DNA of 32,000 nucleotides. It comes from Erysipelotrichaceae bacterium (GTDB taxonomy: Bacteria; Bacillota_I; Bacilli_A; Erysipelotrichales; Coprobacillaceae). Made by a program: the position numbers and the translations under genes. Positions 18,084 through 25,766 of the stretch are shown here, in pieces. Location of the stretch: positions 1 to 32,000 of the forward strand of contig JAQVDW010000003.1 of the NCBI GenBank assembly GCA_028698185.1. The letters run 5' to 3'. Position 1 is the first letter of the stretch. The number at the start of each line of letters is the position of its first letter. The notes beneath the pieces are model-generated. The model saw only the letters and a program-made list of their open reading frames with translations, had not been told where the DNA came from and made no database searches.

Positions 18084-19058
18084 ATGAAATTCTTAAAGAA
18101 AAATAACCTTGAACCAAACTCCCGTTTATTCGGGATTATTATTGCGCTGATTGTGGCCATTGTCGTCACAACACATGTATCACAGGCTGGAGCAGCATTG
18201 TCACTCGATAATTATGTAGAAACAGTCGATATCTCTGTCCAAGATGGAACTACCCAACCAAAGGGATACCTTGTAAAACAGGACACGGTAGACAACGTCT
18301 TGACGCAGCTGGATTATCAGCTCTATGGTGAAGATACTGTAAATAAGGGGTTAGAGGAAATAGTTGAAAAAGGCGATCTTTTGTCAATTACACGTGTTTC
18401 CCGGGAAACAATTGTTGAAAAACAAGAAATAGCTTCACCGGTAACTTATGAATATTCAGATTCGGTTGCCAAAGGTGGAACGATTCAACAGGGAACTCCA
18501 GGAGAAATCACAAACACATACGAGGTAGTTTACCAGAACTCAAAAGCGGTTGAAAAGACCCTGATTTTATCCAAGAAGACTGTAAAAGAGACGACTACGG
18601 TAATCTCTAAAGGAAAAAAACCGATCATTGTATCGTACCTGCCATCATCTCAGGAAGTTGCGGCCGGGATCAAATCATTTACCGGAATCTTGACATATTA
18701 CGGTGGTGACTGTGCGGGCTGCAGCGGATATGCAGCTTCAGGGCTGTCTTTGTCTCCGACAACAGGAGTGAATTATTCGAATACAGCTTTGCTGCAATAT
18801 CAAGGCGGAAGTTATTACTGTCTAGCAGCCGATCCTTCAATTCCGTTCGGGACTATTGTAAAGATCGAAAATCATAACCTGAGCCTGAATTCGACAATTT
18901 ACGGTATTGTAGTAGACCGTGGTGGGGCAATTACCGGAACTCATTTTGATATATATTACGGTTCCAAAGCCAATCCTTATTTTACAGGCGGAACATCATA
19001 CAACACCAAATTCACAATCGTATCATACGGCAGTGGTTCAAGAAACTTCTGGCGTTAA
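18084..19058 (+). CDS. yabE: membrane-anchored G5 + 3D (RlpA/MltA-like) domain protein, YabE/Rpf-like cell-wall factor
   Basis: N-terminal TM helix, then a G5-like segment (ETIVEKQEIASPVTYEYSDSVAKGGTIQQGTPGEITNTYEVVY). The C-terminal 3D-type domain reads YGIVVDRGGAITGTHFDIYYGS. It follows tatD, as in B. subtilis yabD-yabE. Confidence 0.8.
   Translation: MKFLKKNNLEPNSRLFGIIIALIVAIVVTTHVSQAGAALSLDNYVETVDISVQDGTTQPKGYLVKQDTVDNVLTQLDYQLYGEDTVNKGLEEIVEKGDLLSITRVSRETIVEKQEIASPVTYEYSDSVAKGGTIQQGTPGEITNTYEVVYQNSKAVEKTLILSKKTVKETTTVISKGKKPIIVSYLPSSQEVAAGIKSFTGILTYYGGDCAGCSGYAASGLSLSPTTGVNYSNTALLQYQGGSYYCLAADPSIPFGTIVKIENHNLSLNSTIYGIVVDRGGAITGTHFDIYYGSKANPYFTGGTSYNTKFTIVSYGSGSRNFWR
18396..18409. other. 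Noc-binding-site (NBS)-like palindrome
   Basis: GTTTCCCGGGAAAC is a perfect 14-bp palindrome matching 12/14 positions of ATTTCCCGGGAAAT, with the exact TTCCCGGGAA core. It lies inside the yabE-like gene. Confidence 0.45.
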
Positions 19059-19062
19059 TCAA

Positions 19063-19087
19063 GTCAACCGCAAGGTTGGCTTTTATT
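19063..19087 (+). terminator. rho-independent terminator of the yabE-like gene
   Basis: GTCAACC / GGTTGGC 7-bp stem (one G-U), GCAA tetraloop, then TTTTATT. Confidence 0.7.
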
Positions 19088-19576
19088 GTATTTTGAATCG
19101 GCACCGATATAATCACAAATTTAATGGTTGTATTCACGGTGCAGGCTATGGTTGCCTACAATATAAATTTGTCGAAAGGCTGGTTGACGGATGGAACTTT
19201 ATTGAATTTTTTGGATAAGCTCCCTTTAATGGGCACAATCGGATTTTTGGTGGAAATAGTAACTTAACCGTGATTGCAAATTATGGAAACTGAATCTAAA
19301 AAATTGAATCAATGTTGTTCTATGATTGATAAAGTTTTCAATTTTTCCAGTCACAGCTTATTTTGTTACGCAAGGTATATTGTGACCACATTAAATTTTA
19401 AGAATATGAATATTAGGATTTGAACTGATTAACCGTTTCATTAAGTTAGAAGATGTACCTATGATCAATTTTCAAAAACACATTCTATTGATTTTGATGG
19501 TGATTAAATCTTAATATTCGGATGATCCATTAGACGGTTATCTGCAAGCTAATCGAGAAAATTATTGGTAAATACA

Positions 19577-19605
19577 TTGCTTTTTTAAAAGTTTTAGAAT
19601 ATGAT
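19577..19605 (+). promoter_or_regulatory. candidate promoter for mnmG-rsmG
   Basis: TTGCTT (19577-19582), 17-nt spacer, TATGAT (19600-19605). Confidence 0.5.
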
Positions 19606-19638
19606 ATTATAACTAGAAGTCAAAGGAGTGGTAGTTTA

Positions 19639-21498
19639 ATGTATGATATAATTGTAGTTGGTGGCGGCCATGCCGGAATCGAAGCAGCTCTTGCTCCAGC
19701 GAGAATGGGAAAGAAGACGCTTTTGGTTACAGGAAACACCGAATATATTGGAGCTATGCCGTGCAATACTTCAATTGGTGGTCCCGCAAAAGGGATAATT
19801 GTAAGGGAAATAGATGCCTTAGGGGGTCAAATGGGACTGAGTGCCGATGCAACCTATCTTCAATTGAAGATGCTGAATACCGCTAAAGGGCCCGGTGTTC
19901 AATCATTGCGGGCCCAGGCCGATAAAATGGCTTATCCACGCCATATGCAAAAGGTCATCAACGATCAGGAAAATCTCGAGGTGCTACAAGGAATGGTCGA
20001 AGATCTGATTGTGTCTGACAATGCGGTCAAGGGCATAATTCTTGAGGATGGTACCCGGATCGAATCCCGAATCGTCATCTTGACTACCGGAACATTCCTG
20101 AAGGCTCAGATCCTGGTCGGTGATCAAAAAACCGATTCAGGACCTGATAATGAAAGAGAATCCCGTTTCCTGTCAGACCGGCTTCATGAGCTTGGTTTTG
20201 AAATCCAAAGGCTCAAGACCGGGACTCCGCAACGGGTACTTATCGACAGCGTCGATTTTTCCAAGACCGAACTTCAGCCAGGGACCGATGCGAAACTGTC
20301 GTTTAGTTTCCTTACCAAGGAGTTTGTTCCAATTGAAAAACAGACACCTTGTTACCTGACTTATACAAACGAAAAGACCCATGAGATAATCCGGGAGAAC
20401 CTCCATAAATCAAGCATGTACAGCGGCATAGTCAAAGGAATCGGCCCTAGATATTGCCCTAGCATTGAAGACAAAGTTGTGAAATTCTCAGACAAGCCAA
20501 AACACCAGATATTCCTGGAACCTGAAAGCTTGGAAATGAATACCATCTATGTCCAAGGTTTCTCAACCTCTTTGCCTCACGAGGTCCAAGAAAAAATGAT
20601 CAGGACATTGCCGGGGTTGGAAAACTGCAAAATTCTAAAGTATGCCTATGCGATCGAATATGATGCCATCAATCCATTGCAACTGTGGCCAAGTCTAGAA
20701 ACCAAAGTTGTCAAAAATCTGTATACAGCGGGTCAAATAAATGGCACATCCGGTTATGAAGAAGCAGCCGGACAAGGTTTGATTGCGGGAATCAATGCCG
20801 CTTTGAACATCGAAGGCAAGGAACCGTTAATCCTGAAGCGCGATGAGGCTTATATCGGAGTCTTGATTGATGATCTGGTTACCAAGGGAACAAATGAACC
20901 ATATCGGATGTTGACATCGCGTGCCGAGTACCGCCTGCTGCTTCGCCACGACAATGCCGATGAAAGGCTGTTGAAATACGGCTATAAGGCAGGCTTGGTT
21001 AAGGAAGAAGTATACCAGGAATATATAGAACGTATAAATGGCATCTACAACGAGATCAAAAGACTGGAACAAATCCGTTTCACTCCCAAATCATCAGTCA
21101 ATGAGATGCTTGAAAGAATCAATTCGTCTCCTTTAAAAGAAGGGATAAGTGCAAGAAACCTGATCCAAAGACCGGAGGTCAATTATAATTTGTTGCTGCC
21201 ATATATCGATAGCCCCGAGTTGACCTTAGAACAGCAAAACCGGATTACCATCCTCATCAAGTATGACGGTTATATCGAGAAAGCAAGAAAGCAGGCTGAA
21301 AAGCAAATGAAAAACGAAGCTAAGCGAATTCCGGATGATATCGATTATGATCTAGTAAAGAATTTGCGGATTGAAGCGCGCCAGAAGCTTATCAAGGTTC
21401 GCCCTTTGACTGTGGGGCAGGCATCAAGAATTTCGGGAATAAACCCGGCTGATATAGCCGTTCTGCTAATATATTTGAAACAGCAAGGAGTTGAGTAG
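19639..21498 (+). CDS. mnmG: tRNA uridine-5-carboxymethylaminomethyl(34) synthesis enzyme MnmG (GidA)
   Basis: YDIIVVGGGHAGIEAALAPARMG FAD-binding N-terminus, GPRYCPSIEDK, and 619 aa length. Confidence 0.97.
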   Translation: MYDIIVVGGGHAGIEAALAPARMGKKTLLVTGNTEYIGAMPCNTSIGGPAKGIIVREIDALGGQMGLSADATYLQLKMLNTAKGPGVQSLRAQADKMAYPRHMQKVINDQENLEVLQGMVEDLIVSDNAVKGIILEDGTRIESRIVILTTGTFLKAQILVGDQKTDSGPDNERESRFLSDRLHELGFEIQRLKTGTPQRVLIDSVDFSKTELQPGTDAKLSFSFLTKEFVPIEKQTPCYLTYTNEKTHEIIRENLHKSSMYSGIVKGIGPRYCPSIEDKVVKFSDKPKHQIFLEPESLEMNTIYVQGFSTSLPHEVQEKMIRTLPGLENCKILKYAYAIEYDAINPLQLWPSLETKVVKNLYTAGQINGTSGYEEAAGQGLIAGINAALNIEGKEPLILKRDEAYIGVLIDDLVTKGTNEPYRMLTSRAEYRLLLRHDNADERLLKYGYKAGLVKEEVYQEYIERINGIYNEIKRLEQIRFTPKSSVNEMLERINSSPLKEGISARNLIQRPEVNYNLLLPYIDSPELTLEQQNRITILIKYDGYIEKARKQAEKQMKNEAKRIPDDIDYDLVKNLRIEARQKLIKVRPLTVGQASRISGINPADIAVLLIYLKQQGVE

Positions 21499-22203
21499 AT
21501 GGATCAAAATACATTCGTGGAAAAGTTGGCCCAGCGTGGAATTGAACTGACTCCAGAGCAGTTGGACCAATTTGAGAAGTATTACGATATCCTTGTCGAG
21601 TGGAATCAGAAAATGAATCTGACCGCTATCACCGACAAGGAAGCTGTATACCTAAAGCATTTTTATGATTCTTTGACAATCGCTTTTGATTTCGATTTCA
21701 CGAATCAAAAAATCGTCGATGTCGGGGCGGGGGCCGGTTTTCCAAGCATTCCTTTGAAGATTGCGTTTCCCCAACTGGAAGTCACCATTGTCGATTCGCT
21801 TAGCAAAAGGATCACTTTTCTTGAGCACCTTTTCAAGGAGCTAAATCTTGACAAAGTCAAAGCTGTGGCTGCAAGGAGCGAGGATTACGCTTCCGGGCAT
21901 TGCGAGCAGGCTGATATCGTTATGGCCCGTGCGGTGGCCCGATTGAACATATTGGATGAACTATGCCTCCCTTTGGTCAAAGTCGGTGGTCATTTCCTTT
22001 CGCTAAAAGGGCGCCAGGTCAATGAGGAGATAGAGGAAGCCCGCCATGGAATCACCGTTCTTGGTGGTGAGATCGATAGTGTTGTCGAATTCAATCTGGC
22101 TAACCAGGATGATCTGCGTGGCAATATCATAATCAAGAAAATCAAAGCCACTCCAAGCAAATATCCCCGCCAGTTCGGGCAAATAAAAAAGAAGCCGCTT
22201 TAG
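21499..22203 (+). CDS. rsmG: 16S rRNA (guanine527-N7)-methyltransferase
   Basis: WNQKMNLTAI, KHFYDSL and the SAM motif DVGAGAGFPSIPLKI. The ATG directly abuts the mnmG TAG. Confidence 0.93.
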   Translation: MDQNTFVEKLAQRGIELTPEQLDQFEKYYDILVEWNQKMNLTAITDKEAVYLKHFYDSLTIAFDFDFTNQKIVDVGAGAGFPSIPLKIAFPQLEVTIVDSLSKRITFLEHLFKELNLDKVKAVAARSEDYASGHCEQADIVMARAVARLNILDELCLPLVKVGGHFLSLKGRQVNEEIEEARHGITVLGGEIDSVVEFNLANQDDLRGNIIIKKIKATPSKYPRQFGQIKKKPL

Positions 22204-22208
22204 TTTTC

Positions 22209-22245
22209 GCACTCTGAACTTTATTGTTTGGAGTGCTTTTGTTTT
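22209..22245 (+). terminator. probable terminator of rsmG
   Basis: GCACTC(T) / (G)GAGTGC stem with a 14-16-nt loop, followed by TTTTGTTTT. Confidence 0.5.
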
Positions 22246-22327
22246 CTAATTTTGGTGATTATATTTTAAATTTCCGTCATTTAATGTATAATTAAGCGTG
22301 ATATAACAAAAAAAGAGAGGCTAGATT

Positions 22328-23098
22328 ATGGCAAGAGATAAACTAAAAATAATTGCGATTAAGAAAATTTTCCGAAACGAAAAACAACCGCGAATCGAGT
22401 TTAATGAGGATTCTCTTTTTGAGCTTTCCCAGTCAATCAAAGAAAATGGCATAATTCAGCCAATAGTCGTCCGGCCATATCAAAGCGGTTATCAGATAGT
22501 TGCCGGAGAGCGAAGGTTCCGGGCAGCCCAGCTGGCGGACATGACTGAGATTCCTTGCGTCGTGAAATCTTTAGACCAGTTGCAGGTCGATACCATGGCC
22601 ATTATCGAAAACGTCCAGCGGGAGAACTTGTCGCCTTATGAAGAAGCCAAAGCTTACCAGACTCTTCTTGAGAAATACAACTATACCCAAAAGAATATCG
22701 CCGATGTCGTTGGGAAAAAACAGTCTACCATTGCCAACAAGTTGAGACTGCTCAATCTCTCCCAGCCGGTAATTGAGGCATTGAGTTCAAAGAGCATTTC
22801 CGAACGTCATGGACGGGCACTGCTTGGCCTGGATGAACAAAAGCAGATTGAGATTCTAGGGAACATCAAGAAAAACAGCCTGACTGTAAAAGAGACAGAA
22901 AAATTGGTGAATAGGAAGCCAAAAGAAAAGAAGGGGACGACAGTCGTACCCAAGAAGGCTATCTCCAAAAACATTCGCATTGCCACAAACACCATTGATC
23001 AGGCAATCGGAATGATAGAAAAAACAGGGGTTGAGATAACCAAGTCGGTAGCCGACCTGGAAGATGAATATGTCATCACTCTGACAATTAAGAAGTAA
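22328..23098 (+). CDS. noc: nucleoid occlusion protein Noc (ParB/Srx-family CTPase paralogue)
   Basis: GERRFRAA box. The recognition helix KKQSTIANKLRLLNL plus SERHGRAL carries the Noc-type specificity residues (Q, K, K, R), where the ParB in this window has R, S/H, S, G. The C-terminus RIATNTIDQAIGMIEKTGVEI...EDEYVITLTIKK parallels B. subtilis Noc (RIAMNTIRQSLSMVEDSGVKL...EEYIQLTIRIPK, from memory). Confidence 0.88.
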   Translation: MARDKLKIIAIKKIFRNEKQPRIEFNEDSLFELSQSIKENGIIQPIVVRPYQSGYQIVAGERRFRAAQLADMTEIPCVVKSLDQLQVDTMAIIENVQRENLSPYEEAKAYQTLLEKYNYTQKNIADVVGKKQSTIANKLRLLNLSQPVIEALSSKSISERHGRALLGLDEQKQIEILGNIKKNSLTVKETEKLVNRKPKEKKGTTVVPKKAISKNIRIATNTIDQAIGMIEKTGVEITKSVADLEDEYVITLTIKK

Positions 23099-23206
23099 GG
23101 GAGTCAGTGCAACGAATTCTTCAGATAAATACATCCACAATAACAGCAAAATCTTGTCGGTTCCGGAATCGCAATAGAAAAGACGTTCCAGGAATGTTCG
23201 GAAGCT

Positions 23207-23236
23207 AAAAGCTCTGCCGCATGCGGCAGAGCTTTT
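23207..23236. terminator. bidirectional rho-independent terminator shared by convergent noc and dut
   Basis: Perfect palindrome AAAAGCTCTGCCGC-AT-GCGGCAGAGCTTTT: a 10-bp GC-rich stem flanked by A4 and T4. Confidence 0.85.
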
Positions 23237-23254
23237 AATCACCATATCAACTAA

Positions 23255-23764
23255 TTATTTGTCGGTTGATCCCATGCCGCCATCGCGGACATTTTCACAG
23301 CTATCGTCTTCGACAATTCCAAAGGGCAGGAATATCCCTTGTGCGAACCCTTGGAGCTGTTCGATTGACAACGTCATGCCTTCGTTGGAATCGTTTGTCA
23401 TCTTGATGAAGATGTGGCCTTCATTGCTTGATTCGTAATAGTCAGCATCTATTATTCCGACCGTGTTGTTGAGCTGGAGGCGGTATTTGAAACCCAGACC
23501 GCTGCGGGGAAATACTCCCAGAAACCAGCCATCTTTGATTTTTACCCGTATTCCAGTGGGAATCTTGATTGTTTCATTCGGGGCCAAAGAGAAACCCAAT
23601 GGAGATAGAATATCATATCCGGCTGAACCTTTGGTTGCTCTTTTTGGCAATTCCAGCTTATTGTATATCGTCAATGCTTCTTCCGGGGTAACTGCGAATG
23701 TGTCACAAAAATCCGTGACAAACCTTTCTTGTGAAACCAATTCAAATTTTGCAACTTTTTCCAT
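23255..23764 (-). CDS. dut: trimeric dUTP diphosphatase with a ~35-aa N-terminal extension
   Basis: dUTPase motifs KGSAGYDI, PRSG, GIIDADYY and C-terminal RDGGMGSTDK. AGGAGGA lies 4 nt before ATG 23767 and 7 nt before ATG 23764. I chose the second ATG. Confidence 0.88.
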   Translation of the reverse strand: MEKVAKFELVSQERFVTDFCDTFAVTPEEALTIYNKLELPKRATKGSAGYDILSPLGFSLAPNETIKIPTGIRVKIKDGWFLGVFPRSGLGFKYRLQLNNTVGIIDADYYESSNEGHIFIKMTNDSNEGMTLSIEQLQGFAQGIFLPFGIVEDDSCENVRDGGMGSTDK

Positions 23765-23931
23765 CATTGATCCTCCTGAGTGTTGTGCTGTTTTTGATTT
23801 TACCACGAATCGTGTTTTTTTAAAAGGTGGCAGCTTCTGATAATTGGAATTGGGCGTGAATCTGTAAGGAAATTCACTCTTTATTAACTGTCAAATAAGG
23901 TTCAGTTTTCCTCAATAATTGCTTAAAACTA

Positions 23932-23960
23932 TTAAAATCGGTGAGTGATTATGATATAAT
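23932..23960 (+). promoter_or_regulatory. candidate promoter for parA-parB
   Basis: TTAAAA (23932-23937), 17-nt spacer, extended -10 TGATATAAT (-10 hexamer 23955-23960). Confidence 0.45.
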
Positions 23961-23989
23961 TTTTCAGATAGAATAACTTGGAGGTTATT

Positions 23990-24763
23990 ATGACTAAAAC
24001 GATAGCAATTACAAACCAAAAGGGCGGTGTCGGTAAGACCACAACATGTGTAAACTTATCAGCGGCGCTGTGCCGGTTAAAGTATAAAGTCCTCTTGATT
24101 GATACTGACCCTCAAGCAAATGCGACTCAGGGCATTGGAACCAATCGCGATGAATTGGAATTATCTACATATGATATTCTGTTGGGAAACGCCGACATCA
24201 ATGACGTTATTAAAAAAACATATATTGAAAATTTGGATATTTGCCCGGCATCAATTGAACTTGCTGGGGCCGACATTGAATTGTCGAATGTGAAAGTAGG
24301 CCGCGAACAGCGCCTGAAAAATGCAATCAAGGATTTGAAAAAGAAATATGATTATATAATCATCGACTGCCCACCGGCATTGGGACTTTTGAATACCAAT
24401 GCCTTGGCGGCCTGCAATTCGGTATTGATTCCGGTGCAGTGTGAATATTATGCCTTGGAGGGATTGACCCAGTTGCTCAATACAATTCTTCTGGCTCAGT
24501 CGGTTTTCAACAAAGAACTGGCGATCGAAGGTATCTTGTTGACCATGCTTGACAGCCGCACCAATCTAGGGATCGAGGTCAGCCAGGAAGTCCGTAAGTA
24601 TTTCAAGGAGAAGGTTTACAAAACTGTTATTCCAAGAAACGTCCGTTTATCCGAAGCACCTAGCCAGGGCGTTGCAATTTTCGATTACGACAATCGCAGT
24701 GAAGGTGCAAAAGCATATTTAAAATTGGCTAAGGAGATGGTTAAACGCAATGGCAAAAAGTAA
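23990..24763 (+). CDS. parA: chromosome partitioning ATPase ParA/Soj
   Basis: Deviant Walker A IAITNQKGGVGKTTT. DTDPQANAT, IIIDCPPALG. GGAGG lies 5 nt before ATG 23990. Confidence 0.95.
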   Translation: MTKTIAITNQKGGVGKTTTCVNLSAALCRLKYKVLLIDTDPQANATQGIGTNRDELELSTYDILLGNADINDVIKKTYIENLDICPASIELAGADIELSNVKVGREQRLKNAIKDLKKKYDYIIIDCPPALGLLNTNALAACNSVLIPVQCEYYALEGLTQLLNTILLAQSVFNKELAIEGILLTMLDSRTNLGIEVSQEVRKYFKEKVYKTVIPRNVRLSEAPSQGVAIFDYDNRSEGAKAYLKLAKEMVKRNGKK

Positions 24764-25646
24764 AGGTCTGTCAAAAGGATTGAACAACATATTCGGCGGA
24801 GATATCGATCGGGTGATCAGTGACATTGAAAAAGGTGTCAGCCAGAAGGGCAGTGACAACATCCTGATCAGTGAAATACGCCCGAATCCATACCAGCCAC
24901 GGAAGATATTTGATGAAACCAAGCTTAAGGAATTGGCTATTTCCATCAAGGAACATGGTATTTTTCAACCGGTATTGCTTAAAGAGGCAGTCAGCGGTTA
25001 TGAAATCGTGGCCGGAGAAAGACGTTGCCGGGCGGCGAAGATGGCCGGATTGGAAAAGATTCCGGCAATTATCGTTGAAATCAGCGATAATGACATGATG
25101 GAAATCGCTCTTTTGGAAAATATCCAACGTGAGAATCTCAATGCGATTGAGGAAGCCCGAGGGTATAAGGTGCTTATGGAGCGACTGGAATTGACCCAGC
25201 AGGAACTTTCCGACAAGATAGGTAAAAGCCGCAGCCATATCGCAAATTCGCTGCGACTGTTGAATCTGGCACCAGCGGTTCAAAGCCTTGTTATGGATGA
25301 CAAAATTTCAATGGGCCATGCGCGGGCATTAGTCACTATCGACAGCGACAAAGCCGCACGGATTGCGTCGCGAATCGTTGATGAGCACCTGTCGGTAAGA
25401 GACGTGGAAAACCTGGTCAAACAGGCCGATAAAGACGCTGTAGAAACCCGCAATGATCCTGTTGAAAAGGATCCGGAGCCAAAAGTCGAGTATAAGACCC
25501 AGCAGCTTCAATATGTGGAAAGCCTGATCAGGAAAAAATTCCAGACAAAGGTGGCAGTGAACAATAATGCCATCACAATCAAGTATACCGATCTGGATGA
25601 TCTGAATCGGATTTTAGAACTGATGGAAGTAATTGAAGAGAGTTAA
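24750..25646 (+). CDS. parB: chromosome partitioning protein ParB/Spo0J
   Basis: MAKSKGLSKGLNNIFG N-terminus, the GERRCRAA CTP-binding box, and an HTH reading GKSRSHIANSLRLLNL...MGHARAL with ParB-type specificity residues. It overlaps the parA 3' end by 14 nt. Confidence 0.95.
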   Translation: MAKSKGLSKGLNNIFGGDIDRVISDIEKGVSQKGSDNILISEIRPNPYQPRKIFDETKLKELAISIKEHGIFQPVLLKEAVSGYEIVAGERRCRAAKMAGLEKIPAIIVEISDNDMMEIALLENIQRENLNAIEEARGYKVLMERLELTQQELSDKIGKSRSHIANSLRLLNLAPAVQSLVMDDKISMGHARALVTIDSDKAARIASRIVDEHLSVRDVENLVKQADKDAVETRNDPVEKDPEPKVEYKTQQLQYVESLIRKKFQTKVAVNNNAITIKYTDLDDLNRILELMEVIEES

Positions 25647-25657
25647 CGAGGACAATG

Positions 25658-25696
25658 CAAGGATATGTTATCGAGTGTAACGTATTCTTGTTTTTT
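25658..25696 (+). terminator. rho-independent terminator of parB
   Basis: CAAGGATATGTTA / TAACGTATTCTTG 13-bp stem (two G-U pairs), 7-nt loop, T6. Confidence 0.8.
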
Positions 25697-25766
25697 GCTT
25701 TGCTTAGGTAATTTATTGACAAAGTCTGGAAAACAAGTTAACTTATAAACTATAAGGAGGACGATT

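Noticed and set aside
18919-19218. 99-aa plus-strand ORF overlapping the yabE-like 3' end out of frame and running through its terminator.
   Set aside because: It crosses a good terminator hairpin and has no SD. The overlapped frame (yabE 3D domain) is clearly the real one.
19059-19638. Possible oriC or DnaA-box cluster upstream of mnmG, by analogy with the E. coli gidA-oriC arrangement.
   Set aside because: By eye I found only one 8/9 match to TGTGGATAA (TTTGGATAA, 19210-19218) and two 7/9 matches (19248-19256, 19538-19546). That is about what chance predicts for 580 nt of AT-rich DNA. No dnaA or dnaN gene is nearby.
22856-23245. 129-aa minus-strand ORF spanning the noc 3' end and the bidirectional terminator.
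   Set aside because: It begins inside the terminator palindrome and is antisense to conserved Noc C-terminal coding sequence. It has no SD.
23862-23883. Inverted repeat GTGAAT-N10-ATTCAC between the dut and parA promoters, considered as an operator or parS variant.
   Set aside because: The arms are only 6 bp, it does not resemble parS or NBS, and such repeats are common by chance in AT-rich spacers.
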